From the NCBI GenBank assembly GCA_963980225.1, contig CAXBYW010000001.1:99301-163300 (forward strand): 64,000 nt of DNA. The letters run 5' to 3'. A program made the translations under genes and the position numbers. Positions 19,801 through 28,770 of this stretch are shown piece after piece; position 1 is the first letter of the stretch, and each line of letters starts with the position of its first letter. This DNA is from an uncultured bacterium (lineage in GTDB: Bacteria; Patescibacteriota; Microgenomatia; UBA1400; MFAQ01). The notes under the pieces are model-generated. The model was not told the origin of the DNA. It saw only the letters and a list, made by a program, of their open reading frames with translations, and did not search any database.

Positions 19801-21094
19801 AAAAACTCTACTAAAAAACAGCTCAATCAACCTTATTGGTTACGGCTATGTTCTAATCTTAAGTTTTTTCTCGATTCCCCTTCTTCTAAAAAACCTAGGC
19901 GTAAATATGTTTGGTGTCTACTTAATATTTGCTGGCATGGTATCTCTAGCTTCTACTTTCAACCTAGGGTTAACCAACGCCCTTGTCAGGTATCTATCCT
20001 TACCCACCGTCTCTAAAAGCAACAAGCTTCGTTACTGGCAAACCTGCTTCAGTCAGTTTATTGTTTTAAGTATTGTTGTATTTTTTCTATCTCTGCTGGT
20101 AAATCTTTTGGTCGTAAGTAAGCTAAATCTTGGCCACTTGTTACCTCAAAGCTCAATACTGGCCACCAGTCTTTTGATCTCACTCATTATTTTTGTCAAT
20201 CATCTGATCCAGCCCATGCTGGTTCTTCCTCAGGTAGATCAAAAATTTGTCTTTTTTAACTTAAGAAACTTGATCATCGGTTCAGGCACGACTCTCTTAA
20301 CTGCTTTTCTATCTAGCTACTATCCATCCTTACCCCACCTCTTTGCCTTCCAGCTTGTTTTGTATATCATTGCCGCTTCTATTTTCCTAAAATATGCAGT
20401 CAACAAGTTTACCTTTGCCAAAGTCTGGCCCAAGTTTCACAAAGACAAAGCTAAAAAACTAACAAACTTTGGCCTTAGAAGCTTCGTTGGTAACGTAGCA
20501 AATCAACTAAGAAACCAATCGTCTAGGTTTGTCCTGGCCGGCATGTTAAACCCTCAAGCCGTTACCATTTTTAGTATTCCGCAAAACATCGTCATGAAGA
20601 TCCTTGGAGGCATCTCTCAACTTACTCTCTCGTTTTTCCCCTTAAGTGCCTCGTTGTCTAGCAAAGAAAGAATAGGTAAGCTGCAAAAGCTAATACTGGG
20701 GATCCAGGGCCTGGTTCTTGTCTTGGGTATCTTCCAGGTCTATCTGGTTTACCAGTTCGGGTTCCAGTTTCTTATCTTTTGGCTAAAAGACATCACTTTG
20801 GCTGCCCAAGCGTTCTCCGTCCTAAAGATTCTGTCGATCTTCTTCTTGTTTACCGGTTTAACACCAATTCCTAGCGTCGTCTTAGATGGTATAAACAAAC
20901 CTCAAATTCCTTCCATGTTTGCAGTCTTCACCGCCATACTAGACATAGCTTTAATCTTTTTATTAACTCCCCAGTACGGGTTTTTGGGTCCTGCCTACGC
21001 TGCCACCATTAGTAGTATAGTTGCCACAGTATTGTTTTTAATTTCTTTTACAATCATTTTTACTCGTTACAAATACAAGCTGACTCATGACTAA
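19790..21094 (+). CDS. Oligosaccharide flippase (Wzx-like)
   Basis: ~12 TM segments, LG...FG.Y and P.YG..GPAYAA patterns, within GT cluster. Confidence 0.8.
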   Translation: MSIKKTLLKNSSINLIGYGYVLILSFFSIPLLLKNLGVNMFGVYLIFAGMVSLASTFNLGLTNALVRYLSLPTVSKSNKLRYWQTCFSQFIVLSIVVFFLSLLVNLLVVSKLNLGHLLPQSSILATSLLISLIIFVNHLIQPMLVLPQVDQKFVFFNLRNLIIGSGTTLLTAFLSSYYPSLPHLFAFQLVLYIIAASIFLKYAVNKFTFAKVWPKFHKDKAKKLTNFGLRSFVGNVANQLRNQSSRFVLAGMLNPQAVTIFSIPQNIVMKILGGISQLTLSFFPLSASLSSKERIGKLQKLILGIQGLVLVLGIFQVYLVYQFGFQFLIFWLKDITLAAQAFSVLKILSIFFLFTGLTPIPSVVLDGINKPQIPSMFAVFTAILDIALIFLLTPQYGFLGPAYAATISSIVATVLFLISFTIIFTRYKYKLTHD

Positions 21095-21914
21095 AGTATT
21101 CATAATTATCCTAAACTACAACAAGCACGAGGACACAACCAACTGCATCAATCATCTTCATAAATCCGATCTTCCTTCTGGCACAGAAATCATCATCGTC
21201 GACAACTCTCAAACCGATGAGTCAAAGAAAGTTTTAAGTAAGGCTTTTCCAAAAATAAAATTGATCAAAGCTAAAGAGAACAAAGGTTTTGCTAACGGTA
21301 ATAACTTAGGCATACGTTTTGCTCTTAAAAACAAAGCCAGTCACATAATGATCATCAACCCCGACGTCACCGTCGGCAAATCTTTCTTGAAACCACTTTT
21401 AGAAACCTTTAACTCAAAGCCAAAAGCTGGCCTGATATCTCCAATCCACTCCCATCAACAAAACAAACAAACCTTTTTTGGACTGGGAGGCAAGATCAAC
21501 TGGCAAACAACCAAATGCGAGCACTTAAATACAAACAAGTTAACTTTAAAAGAAGCAACCAAATATCAGTTCGTTTCTTTTGCCTGTGTGCTGATTAAAA
21601 AAGAAGTCTTTGAAAAAACTGGCCTGCTAAACGAGCTCTACTTTATGTATCTAGAAGACGTTGACTACTGTCTTACAGCCGGCCAGTCAGGCTTTGACTG
21701 TCTGATCGAACCCAAGGTAAAGATACACCACGATACCTCTTCCTCTTTTGCTATTCCTACTCAGAAACTCAAGATTAGTTTCGTTAGCCAGCTAAAGTTT
21801 ATTAAAAGATGGCTTAAATTCCCCAAGTCCACATATGCCTATATCTACATGATCTTTTTCTACTCCTATCTCTACCTTCTCTGGACATACCATTACTACA
21901 AGAAACGTAAATGA
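21087..21914 (+). CDS. Glycosyltransferase family 2
   Basis: IIILNYN, VDN, GFANGNN, FMYLEDVDYC. Confidence 0.9.
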   Translation: MTKVFIIILNYNKHEDTTNCINHLHKSDLPSGTEIIIVDNSQTDESKKVLSKAFPKIKLIKAKENKGFANGNNLGIRFALKNKASHIMIINPDVTVGKSFLKPLLETFNSKPKAGLISPIHSHQQNKQTFFGLGGKINWQTTKCEHLNTNKLTLKEATKYQFVSFACVLIKKEVFEKTGLLNELYFMYLEDVDYCLTAGQSGFDCLIEPKVKIHHDTSSSFAIPTQKLKISFVSQLKFIKRWLKFPKSTYAYIYMIFFYSYLYLLWTYHYYKKRK

Positions 21915-22666
21915 AACTAACCGCCATTATTCTAAATCACCTGCCTAGAAAAATAATCGAGCCAACTCTTAAGTCAATATCTTTTGCGGACAAGATAATT
22001 ATTATCCACGACTCAAACTCTCCATACGATTCTCCAAAATCAACCAAGTCAGTCGAGGTCATTACTAAACCTTTAAGTAGTTTTGCCACTCAAAGAAACT
22101 TCGCCATAGGCAAAGCCAAAACAGACTGGGTCTTGTTTGTAGACTCAGACGAGATAATAAGTAGCTCCTTAAGACTAGAGATAAAAAAAACCATTAAGAG
22201 AGACGACTATCAAGGTTACTATTTACCTAGGCAAGACATTATCTTAGGGCAAACACTAAAGTACGGAGAAACAGGTTCAATCAAGCTTTTAAGACTAGCT
22301 AAAAAATCTGCCGGTAAGTTCTCAAGATCCGTCCACGAAACCTGGAATATTAAAGGTAGGGTAGGGGAGTTGACCTCTCCAATACTGCACCTTAAGAAAG
22401 AATTTACTAATCCGTTCTTAGGTAAAATAAGCCAGTACGGTTTGCTGGATAGTAAAGAACTTGTCAGTGAAAACAAGCCTTTTTCATTTTTCAGGTTTTT
22501 ATTTTTCCCCATTGGTAAGTTTATTAATAACTACATTATGCGACGTGGACTACTAGACGGTCTCTTAGGGTTATTCCATGCATATATGATGAGCGTCCAG
22601 TCTCTTTCTGTTAGGGTCTTCCAGTGGCAAGCTAGCCACCTACCATCAAAACCTGCTAAACTTTAA
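21911..22666 (+). CDS. Glycosyltransferase family 2 (WaaE/KdtX-like)
   Basis: FATQRN, WVLFVDSDE, VHE. Confidence 0.85.
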   Translation: MKLTAIILNHLPRKIIEPTLKSISFADKIIIIHDSNSPYDSPKSTKSVEVITKPLSSFATQRNFAIGKAKTDWVLFVDSDEIISSSLRLEIKKTIKRDDYQGYYLPRQDIILGQTLKYGETGSIKLLRLAKKSAGKFSRSVHETWNIKGRVGELTSPILHLKKEFTNPFLGKISQYGLLDSKELVSENKPFSFFRFLFFPIGKFINNYIMRRGLLDGLLGLFHAYMMSVQSLSVRVFQWQASHLPSKPAKL

Positions 22667-22671
22667 ATATT

Positions 22672-23541
22672 ATGTCACCAGACAAATATACTGCCACCTG
22701 GGTTTCCCACTCCTCCATATCAGATTTTTTAAACTGCCCTAGAGCTTACTACTTAAAAAACGTCTACAAAGACCCAAAGACCAACCATAAAATACAGATA
22801 ATGACTCCACCGCTAGCCTTAGGCTCTGCGGTCCATGAAGTAATCGAGTCTCTCTCTACCATTCCCACCGACAGTCGGTTTAACAAGCCTTTAGCTCCCA
22901 AGTTTGAAAAAGTCTGGAAAGAGAAGTTTACCGGTAAAAAAGGTGGGTTTTTTGATAAAGACTCGGAAGAGAAGTCTTTTAACCAAGGAATAGAGATGAT
23001 AAAAAGGGTAGTAGACCACCCGGGCCCCTTATCAAACCTAGCCGTGAAAATAACCATGGAGCTTCCCTACTTCTGGCTATCAGAAGAAGACAACATCATT
23101 CTTTGTGGCAAGGTTGACTGGTTAGAGTACTTAAAGGAAAAAGACGCCGTCCACATTATCGACTTTAAAACAGGTAAGTCTGCAGAGGACCCAAAGTCTC
23201 TCCAACTTCCCATCTACCACTTACTAGTAACCGAAACTCAAAAAAGAAAGGTAGCTAAGGCTAGTTACTGGTACCTACAAAGAAAAAACAAACCAGAAGA
23301 GCAAAAACTACCTGACCTAAAAAAGGCACACAAACAAGTGCTAGAGATAGCCAAGAAAATAAAACTTGCTAGACAACTAAATAGGTTCAAGTGCCCTCAT
23401 GATGGCTGTGTCAGATGTAAAGACTTCGAGACAGTTCTAGAGGGTGGGGCAGAGCTAGTTGGAGTCAACGACTTCGGTAATGACGTGTATGTTATTAAAA
23501 AATCTTCATCAAGCAATAACCAAGAAAGCATCATTCTCTAA
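22672..23541 (+). CDS. PD-(D/E)XK nuclease (RecB/AddB/Cas4-like)
   Basis: SHSS..FLNCPR, LGSAVHE, GKVD, IDFKTG, QLPIY, C-terminal Cys cluster. Confidence 0.85.
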   Translation: MSPDKYTATWVSHSSISDFLNCPRAYYLKNVYKDPKTNHKIQIMTPPLALGSAVHEVIESLSTIPTDSRFNKPLAPKFEKVWKEKFTGKKGGFFDKDSEEKSFNQGIEMIKRVVDHPGPLSNLAVKITMELPYFWLSEEDNIILCGKVDWLEYLKEKDAVHIIDFKTGKSAEDPKSLQLPIYHLLVTETQKRKVAKASYWYLQRKNKPEEQKLPDLKKAHKQVLEIAKKIKLARQLNRFKCPHDGCVRCKDFETVLEGGAELVGVNDFGNDVYVIKKSSSSNNQESIIL

Positions 23542-24577
23542 ATATCTTCTGCTTTTGTGGCCGCTTTACCAACTAAGTCGACTTCCTTTTTCTAGGATCT
23601 ATCTACTTGATCTAGCTGTATCCTTAGCTATTATCCTGCAAATTAAAAAAATCAAACTAAACCATCCCTTACTTAAACCTTTAGTAATCTTTCTTTCTGC
23701 TAGCACCCTTTCTCTTTTAGTTGTCTTTATATCAGGCTCCGGTTCCTTAACAGCCGTTCTTTATCTGCTTAGGCTGTTCCTTTATTCCTTTCTCTTGTTC
23801 ATCTATCTACCTAAAGACGCATCATCTCTGTTAAAAATCTCATTTTTTACCATCCCTATCCTAGGTATACTGCAATATATTTTCTTTCCAGACCTTAGAT
23901 TTTTAAAGCTAATAGGTTACGATGACCACTACTTCAGGCTGACCTTTCCCTTCCTAGACCCCAACTACACAGGGGCCATTCTAAGTTTCACCTTTCTCTA
24001 CTCTATAAAAAATATTAAGAAAAAATCAAACAAAATACTACTAGGTCTTTCTTTGATTGCCTTGGCTCTTACCTTTTCCCGTATCAGCTTCTTAGGTTTA
24101 TTAATAGGCTCAGCCTATCTAGTCTTTAGAAAGAAAAAACTCCAACCTCTTATCATCCTTGTCCAGCTGGGGTTAATATTTTTAGTCGCTATCTCTCCTA
24201 AACCTTTCGGCGAGGGTGTCAATCTAAAAAGAACCTTCTCGATTACCGCCCGTGTAGACAACTTCAAAAAAGGCCTAGATCTTTTTATTGCTCACCCAGT
24301 TACTGGAGTAGGTTACAACACCCTGCCGTTCTCCTTGTCTAAGCACTCAAGCGCGGGGCTAGATAACTCACTTCTCTTTATTCTTGCTACTACAGGCATG
24401 CTGGGGTTCACTAGTTTTGTCTATCTAGTATTTAAGATAAATAGTTTTGTACAGGATCCATACCTAAAAGCAGCCCTAATTTCCTTAGTTATCCACAGTC
24501 TAAGTAACAACACTCTTTTCTATGCTCCAGTAACCATCCTTATCTTTTTGTCTTTAAACCTTAGCGCACGTACTTAA
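23489..24577 (+). CDS. O-antigen ligase-like membrane protein
   Basis: DPNY, LTFSR, P.TGVGYN, DNS motifs; start uncertain. Confidence 0.75.
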   Translation: MLLKNLHQAITKKASFSKYLLLLWPLYQLSRLPFSRIYLLDLAVSLAIILQIKKIKLNHPLLKPLVIFLSASTLSLLVVFISGSGSLTAVLYLLRLFLYSFLLFIYLPKDASSLLKISFFTIPILGILQYIFFPDLRFLKLIGYDDHYFRLTFPFLDPNYTGAILSFTFLYSIKNIKKKSNKILLGLSLIALALTFSRISFLGLLIGSAYLVFRKKKLQPLIILVQLGLIFLVAISPKPFGEGVNLKRTFSITARVDNFKKGLDLFIAHPVTGVGYNTLPFSLSKHSSAGLDNSLLFILATTGMLGFTSFVYLVFKINSFVQDPYLKAALISLVIHSLSNNTLFYAPVTILIFLSLNLSART

Positions 24578-25262
24578 CCTTTACTATCTTCTCAGTTACA
24601 TTCCCTGCTTTATCTGTGACCAAAAACTTAATCTCATTATCTCCCTCATTAAGTCTAAGTTGTTGATTAAATAATCCATTGCTGTCCAGTCTAATATATG
24701 TATTATTAATCCTTAAGTCTACATCTGTCTCAGACACGTCTCCAGAGACAGAGATGGTCTGTTTTTGTTGACCAAAGAACTCCTGACCTTCAGTTGGAGA
24801 ACTTACCGTAATTTCTGGGTTTTTAAAGTCATAGATTACATTAATAGACTTGGAAGTGCTCTCATTTCCTGCCTCATCTTTAGCCACAACTTTAATTAAG
24901 TTACTACCTTCCTCGAGACTCAAAGACGTTTCGTAAAATCCAATATCGTCAGTTCTCTCGGTAATAATCCGTCTATTATTAATAAAATACTCTACGTCTA
25001 CATTTGCTTCTGTATAACCTTGAACTTTCAGTACAGCACTATTGGTAGCTTCTGGTAGGGCAGAAATAACCGGGGTTTGTGGAGGCACCAAATCTTCAAC
25101 CTGACTAGTCTGGACTCCAGTACCACCAGTTTTTCCGATAACTTCAATCAAAAAGGAAAATCCCCACTTAAACATTACAAAGGTCAAAACCAAAACAAGC
25201 AACAAGTAACCACGAGATAAACTTTTTTTCTTTCTACTTCGATAAGCCCCTCTTCCTGCCAT
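24561..25262 (-). CDS. Membrane-anchored Ig-like domain protein
   Basis: N-terminal TM; two Ig-like repeats (G.N.I...A.D.AGN). Confidence 0.7.
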   Translation of the reverse strand: MAGRGAYRSRKKKSLSRGYLLLVLVLTFVMFKWGFSFLIEVIGKTGGTGVQTSQVEDLVPPQTPVISALPEATNSAVLKVQGYTEANVDVEYFINNRRIITERTDDIGFYETSLSLEEGSNLIKVVAKDEAGNESTSKSINVIYDFKNPEITVSSPTEGQEFFGQQKQTISVSGDVSETDVDLRINNTYIRLDSNGLFNQQLRLNEGDNEIKFLVTDKAGNVTEKIVKVKYVR

Positions 25263-25320
25263 GACCCTAGTGTATCAAAAAAACTATTGATATAATGAAC
25301 CACGTTCAAGTAGGGACTAA

Positions 25321-25393
25321 GCGGGAATAGCTCAGTTGGTAGAGCATCTGCTTCCCAAGCAGAAGGTCGAGAGTTCAAACCTCTTTTCCCGCT
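25321..25393 (+). tRNA. tRNA-Gly(CCC)
   Basis: GCGGGAA/TTCCCGC acceptor, TCTGC-TTCCCAA-GCAGA anticodon arm. Confidence 0.93.
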
Positions 25394-25416
25394 CAAAATT
25401 ACTAAATAAAGAAACC

Positions 25417-26202
25417 ATGCCACACAATCAATACAGACAAAGACAAAGAAATCTTTATCAACCAGGGCAAAAGGAGCCTTTTAATGTCTCCCGTTCAAAA
25501 ATAGACATGTTCATGAGCTGTCCTCGCTGCTTCTATATGGACAGAAGGCTGGGGCTAGGTAAGCCCAGTATGCCTGCCTTTACCCTAAACTCCGCTGTGG
25601 ATAACTTATTCAAAAACGAGTTTGACCTACTAAGAAAAAAGGGAGAGGCTCACGAGCTAATGAAGCAGTACAAGATAGATGCCGTTCCTTTTAAGCACAA
25701 AGACTTACCTGCCTGGAGAGATGACTACTACAGGTACTTGGGAGCCAACGTCATCCATAAGCCTACCAACTTACGTATCGCCGGTATCATAGACGATATC
25801 TGGGAAGATCCAAAAGGCAACCTTTTAATAGTTGACTACAAATCTACCTGCACCACTAAGGAAATAAATCTAAATGACAAGTGGAAGCAAGGCTACAAAA
25901 AACAAATGGAAATCTATCAGTGGATCTTTAGGGCACTAGGCTTTACAGTTTCCGATACTGGCTACTTTGTCTTTGCCAACGGTCAAAGGAATAACCCCAG
26001 ATTTGACGGCAAGCTAGAGTTCACACTTTCCATTATTTCCTATAAAGGCTCGGACAGCTGGATAGAACAGGTACTGCTAGATATCAAAGAATGTCTAGAG
26101 TCAGACACAATCCCAAAGCCCGGAGTAGATGACCAGGGGATTACCTGTGAACACTGCACCTACAAAAAGCTTTCCGCTCAAACAGTCGCCAAGCTTTCTT
26201 AA
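25417..26202 (+). CDS. PD-(D/E)XK nuclease (Cas4-like)
   Basis: SRSK...CPRCFY, GIIDD, VDYKST, QMEIYQW, CEHC; start moved to ATG 25417 because the track start lies inside tRNA-Gly. Confidence 0.85.
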   Translation: MPHNQYRQRQRNLYQPGQKEPFNVSRSKIDMFMSCPRCFYMDRRLGLGKPSMPAFTLNSAVDNLFKNEFDLLRKKGEAHELMKQYKIDAVPFKHKDLPAWRDDYYRYLGANVIHKPTNLRIAGIIDDIWEDPKGNLLIVDYKSTCTTKEINLNDKWKQGYKKQMEIYQWIFRALGFTVSDTGYFVFANGQRNNPRFDGKLEFTLSIISYKGSDSWIEQVLLDIKECLESDTIPKPGVDDQGITCEHCTYKKLSAQTVAKLS

Positions 26203-27248
26203 TGGTCTCTATCTAACACGAAATGAACAAGTTTTAACAGATTACTTCTTGCTGGTTCTTCTTTCAAAAACCCTAGATTTTTCTCAAAATACTCCAAAGC
26301 CAACTGTTTGTACTCCTTGGCCTTATTTCTTGCGTAAGTAATGCTTCCCAACTCCTCCATCTTCTTCGTCACCCAGGCTATCTCTGTCTTGGTTTTTTTC
26401 TCTTGAGGCTTGCCTAGTACTGTCAGTAGTTTCTTTCTATCCTCACCCTTAATCTGTTCTAGTAAGTGGCCAAGTATCAGCGTGCGCTTACTTTCCTTTA
26501 TATCTCCACCCTTATCCTTTAAACCGCCAAAATCTCCGGTCACATCCAAAAGATCATCCACTAACTGAAAACACCTACCTAAATACAGTCCAAAGTGAGT
26601 CAGCTTATTAAGTTCATCATTACTTGCTCCTGCGATCATAGCTCCTAGTCTTAGAGGCGCCACAATGCTGTAGTAAGCCGTCTTACCATCGGCAATGAAT
26701 AACCAATCATCTTCTGTTACTTCAAGCTTAGAAGAGGCTACCCAGTCCATCTCTACACCTTGTCCAAGGGCCGTCCGCATCAAGACAGTGTTTAACTCTC
26801 TTATGATCCTAAAGGTAAGTTCGTCTCCTAAGATTTCTTTGTTATCAAACAAAACCCTCCACATAATCATATGCAGCATGTCACCAGCATTCAAAGCTTC
26901 TCCTAAACCATATTTTTTATGTAAACACGCCTCACCTCGTCTTTTTAGTGAGTTGTCCTCGATATCATCATGGATCAAAAGCCACTCTTCAGAAATCTGT
27001 ACAGCCGCAGCTGTCTTCAAAGCTTTTTTTGGGTCTCCTCCCAAAGCTTCACAGCAAAGCATGAGTAGGCTTGGTCTTAAGTACTTACCCTGCCTCTTGG
27101 GGTACTCACTAACTGTCTGCCAAACTCTTTTTGTCTCACCACGAAATCTACCATCGACTTTAAATAGTTCATGGTACTCGGGGTCGACTAAATAGTCTTT
27201 AACCTCTTTCCAAACTTTGGTCTTGTATCCGTTAAGTATTCCTAACAT
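26199..27248 (-). CDS. Polyprenyl diphosphate synthase
   Basis: GKYLRP, LIHDDIED..RRG, GQ, KTA, FQLVDDLLD; start moved to ATG 27248 (track start overlaps tRNA-Thr). Confidence 0.9.
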   Translation of the reverse strand: MLGILNGYKTKVWKEVKDYLVDPEYHELFKVDGRFRGETKRVWQTVSEYPKRQGKYLRPSLLMLCCEALGGDPKKALKTAAAVQISEEWLLIHDDIEDNSLKRRGEACLHKKYGLGEALNAGDMLHMIMWRVLFDNKEILGDELTFRIIRELNTVLMRTALGQGVEMDWVASSKLEVTEDDWLFIADGKTAYYSIVAPLRLGAMIAGASNDELNKLTHFGLYLGRCFQLVDDLLDVTGDFGGLKDKGGDIKESKRTLILGHLLEQIKGEDRKKLLTVLGKPQEKKTKTEIAWVTKKMEELGSITYARNKAKEYKQLALEYFEKNLGFLKEEPARSNLLKLVHFVLDRDH

Positions 27249-27252
27249 AAAG

Positions 27253-27270
27253 CAAGTATAATTATACTTG
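27253..27270. promoter_or_regulatory. Palindromic bidirectional -10 element
   Basis: Perfect 18-bp palindrome CAAGTATAATTATACTTG with TATAAT on both strands, between divergent genes. Confidence 0.6.
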
Positions 27271-27277
27271 AATATTA

Positions 27278-27350
27278 GCCTGCGTAGCTCATCTGGTAGA
27301 GCAGCGGTATCGTAAACCGCAGGTAGTCGGTTCAAGTCCGACCGCAGGCT
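27278..27350 (+). tRNA. tRNA-Thr(CGT)
   Basis: GCCTGCG/CGCAGGC acceptor, GCGGT-ATCGTAA-ACCGC anticodon arm. Confidence 0.9.
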
Positions 27351-27386
27351 CAAGTTTTCTTAAACTAGTCCCTTTGGGGCTCTGTT

Positions 27387-27959
27387 TTATCTAGGTAAAC
27401 TTAAGGTTATTCCTTTATAAAGCATGCTCGGATTAGGTCCAATTAGCTCTTTGTTTGCCTGGTAAATACTTACCCAAGCGAAACCGTCGCCATAGGCTCT
27501 TACAGCTATATCCCAAAGATAATCACCAGCTACAGTAGTGTAGCTATCAGACTCTATGGTGTTTACCAACGTGGTGTCTTCTACGGTAATTTTTCTAACT
27601 GCTACTTGTGGAATAACTAGCTCTTGGCCTACTTCTATTAGTCCAGGGTCTGTGATCAAGTTAGCCTCAGCTATGTCTACAAAATTGTAGCCAGATTTAT
27701 AAAATCTTTCAGCAATACTCCATAAGTGATCTCCTTTTTCTACTATATAGGTATCAGGTAGGTGATCTGGTTTCTCTCCTTCTGTGACTTCGATAATCTT
27801 AACTGGGTCGGTCAATGTACCTTTGTCGTTATCAATAGACTTAAAGTAGTTGAACATTAAAACAGCCACAATCACCACAACCACTCCGCCCATTAATGTG
27901 CTTATAGTTGTCTCGTTAATCTTAAGCGCTTTTAATAAATTCTTTAATTTTTTTTCCAT
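27387..27959 (-). CDS. Membrane-anchored protein with two LysM domains
   Basis: YIVEKGDHLWSIA and YTTVAGDYLWDIA; AGGAGG SD supports ATG 27959. Confidence 0.88.
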   Translation of the reverse strand: MEKKLKNLLKALKINETTISTLMGGVVVVIVAVLMFNYFKSIDNDKGTLTDPVKIIEVTEGEKPDHLPDTYIVEKGDHLWSIAERFYKSGYNFVDIAEANLITDPGLIEVGQELVIPQVAVRKITVEDTTLVNTIESDSYTTVAGDYLWDIAVRAYGDGFAWVSIYQANKELIGPNPSMLYKGITLSLPR

Positions 27960-28140
27960 TATTAATCTCACCTCCTTTTGACCCATCTTATATATCCAAA
28001 CTATCTACGTCAAGATCTAAAAAGCTCAAAACACTAGCAATTTCTTATAAGATCAGTCAAGCAACCGATGAGTTATTCCTTGTCAGGTCTGTACTTACCC
28101 GGGGATTTTTTTATACCTAAAACCACAAGCATGAAACTAT

Positions 28141-28187
28141 ATCAAACTACATCTGCAGGGTATACGGGACCATTTTCGAACTTTTTA
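28141..28187 (+). repeat. att-like site 1 (most degenerate, tRNA-distal)
   Basis: ATCAAACTACATC-TGCAGGG-TATACGGGACCATTTTCGAACTTTTTA. Confidence 0.85.
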
Positions 28188-28218
28188 CCATAGAATTTTC
28201 CTTTGATATAATTTCTGT

Positions 28219-28710
28219 ATGAAGACTTCTCAACAAGTATATCAAGATGCAAAATCTTTACTTGAAAATACTGAAATAATTGATTTGTTTAATGATCTAG
28301 GAACAGTACATATTGTCGGATCATACGCAGCTAATTTAATGTGGGACCCAGACATTGATATTGTTGTGGTAACAGATAATCCACAAGAATCTGCTATAAA
28401 GGCAATCAATGGTCTTGCAAGAAAAGAAAAATTTCAAAAACTTGAATTTGGAGATTTTAAAAACCATCCTAAGAAAAATAGACCAGAATCCTTTATTGTA
28501 AACGCGCGTAAAGAGTGGAAGGGTGAAAAATGGGAAATAGAAACATGGTTTGTTACAGAATTAGGTGATAACTTAGAGGTTATTGAAAAACTCAAAAATC
28601 TGAATAACAAAGATAAGGAAGCTATTATAGAAAAAAAGAAACAACGTTCTTTGTCTGGAAATACAAAACATGAGTTATCGTCATGGAAAATATATCAAGA
28701 TTTTATATAA
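28219..28710 (+). CDS. Pol-beta-superfamily nucleotidyltransferase-like protein (cassette 1)
   Basis: hGSY...DPDIDI motif; leaderless TATAAT upstream. Confidence 0.65.
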   Translation: MKTSQQVYQDAKSLLENTEIIDLFNDLGTVHIVGSYAANLMWDPDIDIVVVTDNPQESAIKAINGLARKEKFQKLEFGDFKNHPKKNRPESFIVNARKEWKGEKWEIETWFVTELGDNLEVIEKLKNLNNKDKEAIIEKKKQRSLSGNTKHELSSWKIYQDFI

Positions 28711-28714
28711 GTCC

Positions 28715-28770
28715 CAAAACTCGTGCGGGGTATACGGGACGACGTTCGAACTTTTTATCTGATTATTTAA
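28715..28770 (+). repeat. att-like site 2
   Basis: CAAAACTCG-TGCGGGG-TATACGGGACGACGTTCGAACTTTTTATCTGATTATTTAA. Confidence 0.9.

Noticed and set aside
25184-25423. 79-aa ORF and the N-terminal extension of ORF 25336
   Set aside because: Both are translations of tRNA-Gly; the real nuclease start is 25417.
27249-27353. N-terminal extension of polyprenyl synthase
   Set aside because: Antisense reading of tRNA-Thr.
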